Positions 31,197 to 41,549 of a stretch of DNA of 64,000 nt are shown here, piece by piece (the first letter of the stretch is position 1; every line of letters begins with the position of its first letter). Below the pieces are notes generated by a model. That model was given only the letters and a program-made list of their open reading frames with translations. It was not told the origin of the DNA and did not search any database. The position numbers and the translations under genes were made by a program. Origin of the DNA: Bryobacterales bacterium. Its GTDB lineage: Bacteria > Acidobacteriota > Terriglobia > Bryobacterales > UBA6623. The DNA lies in contig OY729428.2 in NCBI GenBank assembly GCA_963422375.2, positions 3,296,001-3,360,000 of the forward strand. Direction: 5' to 3'.

Positions 31197-32345
31197 ATGG
31201 CGACCAGACGCGGCACGGACCACTACGCGACGCTCGGCGTCGGGCGCGACGCTAAGCCGGAGGCGATCCGCAAGGCCTACCGCCATCTGGCCCGCAAGCT
31301 GCATCCGGACGTCAATCCGGGCGACGCCGCCGCGGAGGAGCGCTTCAAGCGGGTCCAGGAGGCGTACAACGTCCTCGGCGACGAGAAGAAGCGCGAGTTC
31401 TACGACCGGCACGGCTTCTATTCCGAGCAGGCGCAGGCCGCCGGGCCCAGTCGCGGGGCCCGGCGCGGAGGCTTCGGCTTCGAGGGCTTCGACTTCGGCG
31501 ACGTCGCCCGCGGGGCGGGGCCCGACGTCGAGTCGATGTTCGAGTCGTTCCTCGGCGGAGGGCGCCGCCGCAAGACGGCCCCGGAGGAGCCGCGCAAGGG
31601 AGAGGATCTGGACTACGAGCTCGAGATCGGCTTCTTCGACGCGATTCGCGGTACCACCGTCACCCTGAGCGTGGAGCGCATGGCCCGCTGCGCGCCGTGC
31701 GGCGGGTCCGGGTCCGCCCTGGGAGCGTCGCCTCGGCAATGCACCCGCTGCGGCGGCGCCGGCAGCACGCAGGCTGCCATGGGCAACATGCAGTTCCAGG
31801 TGCCCTGCGCGTCATGCGGCGGCACGGGCCGCTCCCGCACGCCCTGCCCGCGCTGCCGCGGCGACGGACGGGTCCGCAAGAAGGGGACCGTGGAGGCGCG
31901 GATCCCTCCTGGCACGGGCGAGAACTCGCGCCTGCGCCTCCCCGGCAAGGGGAACGCGGGCCTCCGGGGAGGCTCTGCCGGGGATCTCTACATCGTGGCG
32001 CGGATTGGCCGGCACCCGTTCTTCGAGCGCAAGGGCTTCGACATCCATATCGAGGTGCCGGTGACGCCGGCCGAGGCCGTGCTCGGCGGGAAGGTCGAGG
32101 TCCCGACCATCGACGGCACGGCCGTGATGAGAATCCCGCCGGCCACCAGCTCGGGCCGGACGTTCCGGCACCGCGAGCGGGGCGTCGTGGACCCGCGCAG
32201 CGGCAGGCGCGGCCACCAGTTCGTTAAGATTTTAATCGTCGTGCCGGAGATCCCGGACGAGGCCACCAAGGAGCTCATGCGTCGCTACAGCGAGCTGAAT
32301 CCAGAAAACCCGCGCTCGCCGATTCTCGACGCGTCCGCACAATGA
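31197..32345 (+). CDS. dnaJ: Chaperone DnaJ
   Basis: J domain with HPD, G/F region, four CxxCxGxG repeats. Confidence 0.96.
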   Translation: MATRRGTDHYATLGVGRDAKPEAIRKAYRHLARKLHPDVNPGDAAAEERFKRVQEAYNVLGDEKKREFYDRHGFYSEQAQAAGPSRGARRGGFGFEGFDFGDVARGAGPDVESMFESFLGGGRRRKTAPEEPRKGEDLDYELEIGFFDAIRGTTVTLSVERMARCAPCGGSGSALGASPRQCTRCGGAGSTQAAMGNMQFQVPCASCGGTGRSRTPCPRCRGDGRVRKKGTVEARIPPGTGENSRLRLPGKGNAGLRGGSAGDLYIVARIGRHPFFERKGFDIHIEVPVTPAEAVLGGKVEVPTIDGTAVMRIPPATSSGRTFRHRERGVVDPRSGRRGHQFVKILIVVPEIPDEATKELMRRYSELNPENPRSPILDASAQ

Positions 32346-32779
32346 GCAAGAAGCGGACGACACAGGGCCTCTACACGATCTCGGTCGTGGCGGACCGCTT
32401 CGGGGTCCATCCGCAGACGCTGCGGCTGTACGAGCGCGAAGGCCTGCTGCAGCCGTCCCGCACGGAAGGCAACACCCGCCTCTACACCGACGCGGACATG
32501 GAGCGGCTCGAAGTGATCCTCTCGCTGAGGCGGGATCTCGGCGTGAATCTGGCCGGCGTGGAGATCATCCTGACCATGCGCAGCAAGATGGACGCCATGC
32601 AGCTCCAGATGCGCGAGTTCGTGAAGTACGTGAACAATTCGATGGGCTGGGCGGAGGACGACGAGGACGACCCGCTGTCGAGCGCCCTGACACTCGTGCG
32701 GACGCGCCCTCCGGCCAAGGAGCCGGAGGATCCGGCCGCGACGGCGCGCCCGGCCGAACCCGAGATTCTCGACAGCTGA
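32342..32779 (+). CDS. hspR: MerR-family heat-shock repressor HspR
   Basis: YTISVVA...VHPQTLRLYEREGLLQPSRTEGNTRLY...LGVNLAGVEII; 4-nt overlap with dnaJ. Confidence 0.9.
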   Translation: MSKKRTTQGLYTISVVADRFGVHPQTLRLYEREGLLQPSRTEGNTRLYTDADMERLEVILSLRRDLGVNLAGVEIILTMRSKMDAMQLQMREFVKYVNNSMGWAEDDEDDPLSSALTLVRTRPPAKEPEDPAATARPAEPEILDS

Positions 32780-32814
32780 GACCGGTTCGGGGCCACTGCC
32801 TCGGCCCGGCGCCG

Positions 32815-34173
32815 CTACGCCAGACGACCTAGAGCGCGGAGGATTACGTCAATCAAACCGACAGCTTTCAGGAAGACGATCACGATACACACCGGCACGG
32901 GATACTTGAGAATCAGCAGCCACGCGGCGTAGAACCTGCCGAGAGCGCCGCCGGTCTCGAATTCCTTGCGTCGCAGGGCACCGTCCATCTTCCAAGCCAC
33001 GAAGAGCGCGATGCCCAGCCCGCCCAGCGGCAGCAACCAGTTGGAGACCACGTAGTCCACCCTTGCGAACCAGGCCTCGCTGATCGTGGCGGGAATGCCT
33101 AGGGCAGCCACGCTGACACCCGCGACGACGCACCCCTTCCGGCGCGAGAAGCCGCACTCCTCTTGAAGGAACGCGCAGGCCACCTCGAACATGGCGATGG
33201 CGCTGGTCAAGGCCGCGAACACCAGCATCACGAAGAACGCCACCGATAGGAGCGTGCCCCCCGTCATCTGGGACAGGGCGAGGGGCAGGGTGACGAACAG
33301 CAGGCCGGCTCCGGCTCCGGGCTCGAGACCGAACGTGAACACGATCGGAAACAGGACCAGCGACGCTACCAGCGCCACGAGCGTGTCGGTCCCGGCGGTG
33401 GCCAGCGAAGCCGAGGTGAGATCGTCCCGGCGGCTCAGGTAGCTCCCGTAGGTGATCATCGCGCCCATGCCGAGGCTGAGCGTGAAGAATGCATGGCCGA
33501 GGGCCTCCAGCACGCCGGCGGCCGTCAGGCTGTCGGTGCGCATGCCGAAGAGGAAGTCGATCCCCCTGGCCCAGCCCTCCAAGGTCATGGAGTTCACCAT
33601 GAGGATGACCAGCAGGACCAGCAGCGCCGGCATCATGATGCGCGCCCAGCGCTCGATGCCGTGCGCAACGCCCGCCGACACGACGCCCGCTGTCAGGACA
33701 AGGAACGCCAGCTGCCAGAACACGCCGAGCGAGGGGTTGGCCTTCAGAGCCTCGAAGAGGCCCTGCACCTGTTCGGGGGACGCGCCGGCGATGCTGTCTC
33801 TGAGGGCAAGTTGCGCGAAATGCATCGCCCAGCCGGCCACGGTCGAGTAGTAGGAGAGAAGCGCGAAGCCGGCGATTACGCCGAGGAAGCCGACCCCAGG
33901 CCACAGGAGCTGCGACCCGCCCAGCTTGCGGAACGAATTCACGGGCGACGACTGGCCCGCGCGCCCGAGCATGATCTCGGCGATCATGACGGGCACGCCG
34001 ACGCCCAGGATGCAGAGCAGGTAGATCAGAACGAAGGCCCCGCCTCCGTTCTCGCCCGTGATGTAGGGGAATTTCCAGATGTTCCCCAAGCCGACGGCGG
34101 ATCCCGCCGCGGCCAAGATGAATCCGGCGGGGGACTTCCATTGCGCCCTCAGTGCGCCTTGCTCGATCGGCAT
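32815..34173 (-). CDS. Sodium-dependent transporter (NSS/SNF family)
   Basis: AAGSAVGLGNIWKFPY...NGGGAF; FFTLSLGMG.MITYGSY; many TM helices. Confidence 0.93.
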   Translation of the reverse strand: MPIEQGALRAQWKSPAGFILAAAGSAVGLGNIWKFPYITGENGGGAFVLIYLLCILGVGVPVMIAEIMLGRAGQSSPVNSFRKLGGSQLLWPGVGFLGVIAGFALLSYYSTVAGWAMHFAQLALRDSIAGASPEQVQGLFEALKANPSLGVFWQLAFLVLTAGVVSAGVAHGIERWARIMMPALLVLLVILMVNSMTLEGWARGIDFLFGMRTDSLTAAGVLEALGHAFFTLSLGMGAMITYGSYLSRRDDLTSASLATAGTDTLVALVASLVLFPIVFTFGLEPGAGAGLLFVTLPLALSQMTGGTLLSVAFFVMLVFAALTSAIAMFEVACAFLQEECGFSRRKGCVVAGVSVAALGIPATISEAWFARVDYVVSNWLLPLGGLGIALFVAWKMDGALRRKEFETGGALGRFYAAWLLILKYPVPVCIVIVFLKAVGLIDVILRALGRLA

Positions 34174-34215
34174 GCCTGCTGCTCCCTCCAAGGGTTTCGA
34201 TAGCGGGCGATAGGC

Positions 34216-35490
34216 CTACGCGGCCGCGGCGGGGAGGTCCTCGTCGATCCCCGTCTCGCCCTCCGACTTCGCGATGATCGCCGCTCCGCAGGAATCGCTG
34301 AACACGTTCACGACCGTGCGGTACATGTCCAGCGGCCGATCCACGGCCAGCATGGCACCCACGATCAGATCCACGTTCGGGCCGGTCAGATTGACTGCCT
34401 CTAGCACGATGAAGATCACTACGAGCCCGGCGGACGGCACGGCGGCGGCCCCGATCGACGCCAGCAGCGCCGTGAAGACCACGAGCAGCTGCTGCTCGAT
34501 GCCAAGCGGCACTCCCATCACCTGCGCTATGAACAGCACGCCCGCGCACTCGTACAGCGCGGTGCCGTCCATGTTGATCGTCGCCCCCATCGGCAGGACG
34601 AACGAGGTCACCCGGTTGGACACGCCGACCCGGTTCTCCACGGCGTCGATCGTCACCGGAAGCGTCGCGCCCGACGAGCTGGTGGAGAAGGCCATCACGA
34701 TCGGCTGGAGCATGTTCCTGAAGTGGTTCATCGGATTGATGCCCCCGAGAAAGCGCAGCACCAGCGGCATGGTGACGAGGAGATGCAGGGTCAGGGCGCA
34801 GACGAGCATGAACGCGTACATGCCCAGCGTCTTGAAGGCGCCCAGGCCGGTGGTCCCCATCAGCCTGGCGATCAGGGCGAACACGCCGACCGGGGCAGCG
34901 ATATGGATGATGCCGCCCGTCAGCTTCATCATCGCCTCGAAGCCCGATTCGAAGAGCGCGTGGAGAGGCTCCTTGTGGCGGGGCTGGAGCGAGCTGATCG
35001 TGATCCCCAGGACGATCGAGAAGAAGATGACCGCGAGCATGTCGGTCGCGGCGAACGCGGCGAACACGTTCTCGGGCACGATGTCGAGAATGATCTCCAC
35101 CGGGGAGTTCGCTGTGCGGAGTTCCGGCATCTCCTCGGTCTCGGCGGACACGAGGTCGGCCCCATCCCCTGGTCGGATGAGGTTCACCATCGCCAGTCCG
35201 ACCACCGAAGCCAGCAGGCTCGTCAGCATGTAGTAGCCGAGCGTCTTGCTGAAGAGGCGCCCGATCCCGGCACCCGCCCCGACCGACGCGACGCCCGTGA
35301 CGATCGAGGTGACGACGAGCGGCACGATGATCATCTTCAGCAGGCGGATGAACAAGGTTCCGATCCAGCCCACCGCGTTTGCGAGAGGCTCGCCGCCAGC
35401 CAGGCCCGCGATCACCCCGGCCAGCATCGCCATCGCGATACGCCAATGCAGCTGCTGGTGCCACTTGGCACCCGGTCTGGTCTCCCTCAC
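34216..35490 (-). CDS. Dicarboxylate/amino acid:cation symporter (DAACS)
   Basis: FIRLLKMIIVP, FSTSSSGATLP, GATINMDGTALY and DMYRTVVNV motifs. Start is probably GTG 35490. Confidence 0.93.
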   Translation of the reverse strand: MRETRPGAKWHQQLHWRIAMAMLAGVIAGLAGGEPLANAVGWIGTLFIRLLKMIIVPLVVTSIVTGVASVGAGAGIGRLFSKTLGYYMLTSLLASVVGLAMVNLIRPGDGADLVSAETEEMPELRTANSPVEIILDIVPENVFAAFAATDMLAVIFFSIVLGITISSLQPRHKEPLHALFESGFEAMMKLTGGIIHIAAPVGVFALIARLMGTTGLGAFKTLGMYAFMLVCALTLHLLVTMPLVLRFLGGINPMNHFRNMLQPIVMAFSTSSSGATLPVTIDAVENRVGVSNRVTSFVLPMGATINMDGTALYECAGVLFIAQVMGVPLGIEQQLLVVFTALLASIGAAAVPSAGLVVIFIVLEAVNLTGPNVDLIVGAMLAVDRPLDMYRTVVNVFSDSCGAAIIAKSEGETGIDEDLPAAAA

Positions 35491-35892
35491 AGAACCCTCC
35501 GTTACGCCGCCTACAGTCGCAGCGTGCCCGACCGGCACGTTATCGGCGGCGTGCCTTGATCGTTGCACACCTTGCTCTCCGATACCCGGGCGTCGCGCGG
35601 CCAGAGGCCGTCGCGCACTGCGAACGGGAGCTACTGGGGCCGCTCGGACGACTTGCAGGGCGTGCTATTCTACGCTTCTAGATTCCTAGCCGACAGCCTA
35701 GGTTCTATGGGTTTCCGGCAGCGAACCGGCCATCGGCATTCGCTAGTCGCGTTCGGGCTCGCAAGTGCGCCCGATGCGGCCGGGCGCATGCGTTCTGCTG
35801 GCCGAGCGTTACCGGGTGTGCTCGACGGCAGCGGCAGTGATCGTCAACCCGGCTCGGGGTGGGCCCGGCCAGGCCGCCCGCTAGGAGGATAG

Positions 35893-37122
35893 ATGGTTTA
35901 CGATAAGCCTACATACGACATCAGTCGCACGCGACAGCCGATGAGGATGCGCGAGATCCTGCGCATCTCGGCCACTCTGGACAAACCGCAAGTCGCTCGC
36001 GAGATCATCCTCGAGTGGCTGGAGAACGAGGCCAGTACGGACCTGCCCGAACCCGCTTGGAACGGTCGCGCCTTCCATCACCAAGCCCATGACAGGACCT
36101 TTACCGCCGTCCGCGCCGAGGAAGCCGAATCGGACACCTGGGCCCTGCGCTTTGTCGGACCCGACACGACGGGAGTCGACCGCGTCTGGACGACGGAGGT
36201 CGCGATCCGCCAAGGCCCCGGCCAGGGGCACCACTTCAGCCTCAGGACCCTAGTGAAGTCCGGCGAGCTTAAGCTTCGAATCCAGCCGACTGTCCCGCGA
36301 TTCATGGAGCACGTCACCAAGGAATGCGGTCTGGAGCAAGGGGTCGCGAAGATCGAGATGGAGCCTTGGATCGTCGAGTCCGACTACGACGCGGCGAACC
36401 TGGCCGAGTTCCTAGCCGACCCCGAGCGGCGCACGCCGGCCTTCGTGCTGACGGTGCCCGAGGAGTCCGACGATCCCAACCGGCCCCTGCTCGACCCGGA
36501 GCCGCTGGTGGCAGACACCCTGGGGACCGCCAAGGTCATCGTCCTGCCCGCCGAGTTCACCTGGAAGCTGACCAACCGGTTCGGCAAGCGCCTCTCGGTC
36601 TACCGGGGCGCGATGCGCGTGTACCTAGCCGGATTCAACGATCACGCCGACCCGGAGGGCGGGCACGACCTTTTCATGCCCCACCGCATGGACACGCCGG
36701 AGTCGGCGGGGAAGCTCGGCTCCCTGCTGCGCTGGATGGCCGCGCGCGAGAGCCTGCGGCGGATGCGCCTAGACCACGACGTGGTTCCGTTCGCGTCGGT
36801 GCTCATCCCCTCGGTCGACCTCGAGAGGGAGCGCCTGGCGCAGGACGGGGCGAGCGAGGCCGAGCGCCTGGCAGCCGCGGAGCAGCACCTGCGCATCCTG
36901 GGCGAGGAATTGAAGCTGGCGATGGAGATGCAGCAGTGGCTGACCGAGGAGAACAAGGCCATCGAGAGCCGCGTCCGCGAGTCGGAGGCGAGGCTGCGCG
37001 GCCAGCAGCGCAGCCACCCGCCGCGAGACCGGGACCGTCCGCGCCCTCGGTACAGCCCGCCGTCGTATGACAGCGATCCCGAGCCGTACTCTCAGGGCAG
37101 CGGCTGGGGACGGAGGCGCTAG
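35893..37122 (+). CDS. Hypothetical protein with C-terminal coiled coil and low-complexity tail
   Basis: 409-aa ORF, strong RBS AGGAGG, host-like codon usage. Confidence 0.85.
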   Translation: MVYDKPTYDISRTRQPMRMREILRISATLDKPQVAREIILEWLENEASTDLPEPAWNGRAFHHQAHDRTFTAVRAEEAESDTWALRFVGPDTTGVDRVWTTEVAIRQGPGQGHHFSLRTLVKSGELKLRIQPTVPRFMEHVTKECGLEQGVAKIEMEPWIVESDYDAANLAEFLADPERRTPAFVLTVPEESDDPNRPLLDPEPLVADTLGTAKVIVLPAEFTWKLTNRFGKRLSVYRGAMRVYLAGFNDHADPEGGHDLFMPHRMDTPESAGKLGSLLRWMAARESLRRMRLDHDVVPFASVLIPSVDLERERLAQDGASEAERLAAAEQHLRILGEELKLAMEMQQWLTEENKAIESRVRESEARLRGQQRSHPPRDRDRPRPRYSPPSYDSDPEPYSQGSGWGRRR

Positions 37123-37156
37123 CCCGGCGGCCTGCGGCACGGGCGGGGATCGATCG

Positions 37157-37951
37157 ATGCCGGCGGCGGATTCTCGCGAACTACGGGGGAAGACGGCGCT
37201 AGTCACGGGCGGGTCGCGCGGCATCGGCCGCGCGGTCTGCCTCGATCTGGCGCGGCGCGGGGCGAGCGTGGCGGTCAACTTCCGGCGGCAAGCCGACGCG
37301 GCGAAGGCCGTCGCCGAGGCTGCCGAGGAACTGGGCGCGCGAGCGCTGGCAGTGCGGGCCGACGTGTCCGATAGAACCGCGGTCACGGCCATGCTCGAGC
37401 GGGTGGCGCGCGAGCTCGGCAGGCCCGACATTCTGGTCAACAACGCCGGGCTGCTCCACCCCGGACGGCTGCTCGACTACGACGAGGAGGAGTTCGACCG
37501 TATGTGGGCCGTCAACGTCAAGGGCGTGCTGCACTGCTCCGCGGCCACGGCCCCCGGCATGATCGAGCGCGGATGGGGCCGGATCGTCAATCTGGCATCC
37601 AACGCGGCCATCGGCACGGCGCTGCCCGGCACGACGCTCTACGCGGTCACGAAGGGCGCCGTGTTGACGCTGACGAAGCGCCTGGCGTTCGAGCTCTCCC
37701 CGAACGGCATCACGGTCAACGCCGTCCTGCCGGGCTTCACCAAGACCGACATGGTGCTGTCGGGCAAGAGCCCTTCCGAGGTGGAGCGGCTGCTCGAGAA
37801 TGTATCGTCCCGGTCGCTGGTCGGACGCACCGGGGATCCGGAGGACATCGCCAGCGTGACGGGCTTTCTGTGCTCGCCGGCCAGCGGCTTCATGACGGGC
37901 CAGTACCTGCTGGCCGACGGCGGCCGCACGGACTACATCACGCGGGTGTAG
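37157..37951 (+). CDS. Short-chain dehydrogenase/reductase
   Basis: TGGSRGIG, NNAG, YAVTK and NAVLPG motifs. Confidence 0.93.
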   Translation: MPAADSRELRGKTALVTGGSRGIGRAVCLDLARRGASVAVNFRRQADAAKAVAEAAEELGARALAVRADVSDRTAVTAMLERVARELGRPDILVNNAGLLHPGRLLDYDEEEFDRMWAVNVKGVLHCSAATAPGMIERGWGRIVNLASNAAIGTALPGTTLYAVTKGAVLTLTKRLAFELSPNGITVNAVLPGFTKTDMVLSGKSPSEVERLLENVSSRSLVGRTGDPEDIASVTGFLCSPASGFMTGQYLLADGGRTDYITRV

Positions 37952-38067
37952 CGGTATCGTACTGAAGCCACGCGACAGTACGACCGAAACTCGTTGGAGT
38001 TGCGTGACTCGGCAAGCTCTGCGAGGAACGATCCAGATCCGGAGCTACTGAGGAGCGCAAAAGTCTT

Positions 38068-39061
38068 CCTGATTACCCACAAGACTCAGCCAAGGTTAGG
38101 AGGCGGTAAGGCATGGGCGGGGTGCGCACGGAGGCGTGGAGCAGGCGGGGGACCAGCACCTCCAGATCGTAGCGGCGGTTGAAGCGGTAGCGGAACTCGG
38201 CGAGGTACCGCGGCAGGTGCTTGCCGTGGAGCGCATGGCAGGTTCCCGCCAGGGACTGCTTGACGTTCGCCAGCATCGTGCTGACCCGGAAGAAGCGGGA
38301 ATCCCCGCAGCTCCGCTGCCCGCCTGCGGTGACGGTCGGCACGTGCTCGCAGCCGGCGTCGGCCACGCCCCGGAAGCAGGCCGGGCCGTCGGAATGCACC
38401 TCCGTGCCGGGCTGCAGGTGCCGCCCGGCCCACGCTGCCAGCGTCTTCTTGCGCAAGCCCGCCACGCCGCTCAGGCGCATCCTTGCCGGCTGGCCGGCGG
38501 CGCTGACCTGCACGGCGGCGACGAACGGCGTCTTGCCCGCCGCGCCGCGACCGCGCTGGCCGCCGGTCCGCTCCCCGCCCCGGTAGGCGTCGTCCACCTG
38601 CACGATGCCGCCCGGCGGCACGCGCTCGTCGCGCTCCTTCAGCACTGGCAGGAGCTTGTGCTTCACCTTCCAGGCCGTGTTCCGGCTCACGCCCAGCTGC
38701 CGCGCCAGTTCCAGCGACGAAACGCCGTGCTGGCCCGGCGTCAGCAGGTGGAGCGCCGGGAACCAGACGGTCAGCGGCAGCTTGGTGGCGGCCAAGATCG
38801 TGCCGGCAACGAGGGAGGTCCGGCGGTGGCAGGCATGGCACTGCCAGAGCTTGCGGGAGCGGATGCGGCAGTGCCGTCGGGCGTTGAAGACGGCCTGCTC
38901 GCATGGCCCCTCGCTGCCGTAGCGCTGCAGGAACTTGCCCAGGCTGAGTCCCTTCTGGAATTGCACGCGATTGCGTTTCATCAGCTATCCCCTTTCCTGT
39001 CAGAGGTTTCTGACCTCCTCCAGTATAGCATATCCTCGGCTGACGTTCGTTGGTAATCAGG
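38068..39061 (-). mobile_element. IS1595-family element (transposase 38073..38981, N-terminal Zn ribbon partly deleted)
   Basis: Ends CCTGATTACC / GGTAATCAGG; transposase MKRNRVQFQKGLSL...QVDDAY...HSDG...RYLAEFRYRFNRR. Confidence 0.88.
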
Positions 39062-39076
39062 AAGACTTTTGCGCCT

Positions 39077-40668
39077 GAGCCTTTTGCAAAATTCAGAAAA
39101 GAGGGCTGACCGCCCCATGAACAACTAGTTTCCGGGCTGTTATTCTCGCCGAAAAAGACCCCCTTCAGCTGGGCTTGCTCCGCTGCGGGGCGCTCCTGCG
39201 AGGAGCGGCCCCGTGCAGGCGCAGCTCTCCCGGCCCGGCCCTGCGGGCGGGCGCTCTTCCCGGCTGTCCCGGCGGCCCGGGCTCTCGGAGCGCCAGGCGC
39301 AGGAGCTGCGCGACCGTCAGCGCGAGCACGCCGAACAGGAGGTGGCACAGCACCTTGCCGTGGCCGCGGACGCGCACGCGGCGCCCGCCGCAATCGTCCT
39401 TCAGGCGGCCGTTGACACGCTCCACCGTCGAGCGCTCCCGGTAGCGCAGCTTGGCGGGATCCGCCCGCCCGGCGCTGCGCAGCGCCTTGGCCTCCCGTGC
39501 CAGATCCGCCTGCAGCTCCGTCCGGCCGCGCGGGTTGACAGCGATGAGCGGCACGTGCCCGAGCCGCTCGCTGAAGGCCCGGATGCCGGCCGCGTCGTAC
39601 GCGCTGTCCATCCGGTCTCGTACAGGTTGTCGACGCGGCCCGCGGTCCGTGTCGCCAGCGGGATCGCGGCCTGATCGCGGCCTGATCGCGGCCTGGCTGT
39701 CGTGCAGCGAAGCCGCGGCGAGCAGGCAGCTGACCGGGATCCCGCCGTCGATCGCGTCGATATGCAGCTTGTAGCCATGCAGCTTGTAGCCGCGCCAGCT
39801 GACGGTATGGCCCTTGGCGTTGCGCTTGGTGCCGGTATCGCAGCCCTGCGGCAGGTCGTGCAGCATTGCTTCGAGATTCAGGTCGGGCTGCCGCGCCAGT
39901 CGGCGTGGAGCGGGCGGCCGCTGCTCGCCCTTGCGAGGGCGCCCGCGCTTGCGTTTCGGCTCCGGTTCCGGCGCGGGCTTCCCGGCGGGCCGCTCGCGGC
40001 CCTCGATGGCGGTCGAGTCGCGCGAGACGTGCCCTGCCAACCCTGCCAAGTGGCCGTCGAGCGCCCGCGCGAGCAGCGCCTGGTGCAAGCGTCCGGGCAG
40101 TTCGCCGGCGGCGAACTCGGCGCAGGCGCGCGAGAAGGTTGCCTCGCTGGACACGGCCCCGGCCAGGTCCCGGCCGCACAGTCGGCGCAGGGTGTGACCG
40201 GTCTGCAGGCGCTCGACCAGCGAGCGCGTAGTGGGCTGGTCGAAGACGGCCTTGGCGATGAAAGCGCGCGCCATGGCGGCGCGGCTTGCGAGGGGGCGGC
40301 CGCGGCCGCCCTGCCCGACGGGCAGGCAGTCCTCGACCTGCGCCAGTTCCACCGCTTGGACGAAGCTGCGGCAGCGCTCGCCGAGGGCGCCGAGTTCCTG
40401 CTCGAGCCAGGGGAACAGCCCCTGCTGGAACGTGAACCAGTACGCGGATACGGTTTCTATCAAGGACATATTCGTTGAATCCTGCCAGCTGCTTACTAGG
40501 ATTTCATTACAATAATAGCACACAGGGCAAGGGATTGACAGGAAACTCAAAACGCAGACAAGCCATTAAAACTACATTTACTACAGTCCTATTCCATTGA
40601 TTATATCGAATACTTAATAGACTAATTAAATGATAATGCTATTAGCTCGGGATTCTTGCAAAAGGCTC
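39077..40668 (-). mobile_element. IS1182-like element, full-length copy (transposase ATG 40469 to 39165)
   Basis: IRs GAGCCTTTTGCAAAATTC / GAGCCTTTTGCAAGAATC; motifs SRDSTAIE, GYKLH, MDSAYD and RYRERSTVERVNGRLKD. Confidence 0.85.
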
Positions 40669-41229
40669 ATGCTGAACGACCTGCCGAAGGACTGCCATAC
40701 CGGCACCAAGCGCAACGCCAAGGGCCATACCGTCAGCTGGCGCGGCTACAAGCTGCATGGATGGCTACAAGCTGCATATCGACGCGATCGACGGCGGGAT
40801 CCCCGTCAGCTGCCTGCTCGCCGCGGCTTCGCTGCACGACAGCCAGGCCGCAATCCCGCTGGCAACACTGACCGCGGGCCGCGTCGACAACCTGTACGAC
40901 CTGATGGACAGCGCGCACGACGCGGCCGGCATCCGGGCCTTCAGCGAGCGGCTCGGGCACGTGCCGCTCATCGCTGTCAACCCGCGCGGCCGTCGCGCAG
41001 CTCCTGCGCCTGGCGCCCTGAGAGCCCGGGCCGCCGGGACAGCCGCGAAGAGCGCCCGCCCGCAGGGCCGGGCCGGGAGAGCTGCGCCTGCACGGGGCCG
41101 CTCCTCGCAGGAGCGCCCCGCAGCGGAGCAAGCCCAGCTGAAGGGGGTCTTTTTCGGCGAGAATAACAGCCCGGAAACTAGTCGTTCATGGGGCGGTCAG
41201 CCCTCTTTTCTGAATTTTGCAAAAGGCTC
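40669..41229 (+). mobile_element. Truncated inverted 3' half of the same IS1182-like element
   Basis: Begins mid-transposase (MLNDLPKDC) exactly at the left IR of the full copy, carries an internal deletion, and ends in ...GCAAAAGGCTC. GCCT flanks the whole 39077-41229 unit on both sides. Confidence 0.85.
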
Positions 41230-41549
41230 GCCTCTCAGTAGGCAGCTTCTCGCGTCCCCCTCCCTCCGCCAACCGCCGCTGCCGACAGGTGCAGCTCGAC
41301 GGCATCGTCGCCAAGGGCGGCGGTCCGTCCTGCTTCGCGGGGCGGGTACAGCGGCTCGAACTGCCAGACCTCGCTGGGTACCGCGCCTAAGCCCCTCACA
41401 ATCATCTCCTCCGAGCCTGCCCGGCCTCCCGCCGCAGGTATTGCAGCATTGACCGGGCTGGCCGCGGCACGGATTCCCTCTGCAAGTATCGGCGGCCTGC
41501 GTTAAGCAACGGCCGAATCGTGCAGCTAGGATCATCGCATGCAGGTTGC

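Noticed and set aside
39662..39694. Short tandem repeats as a possible CRISPR array
   Set aside because: 11-bp units with no spacers, inside a transposase; no cas genes in the window.
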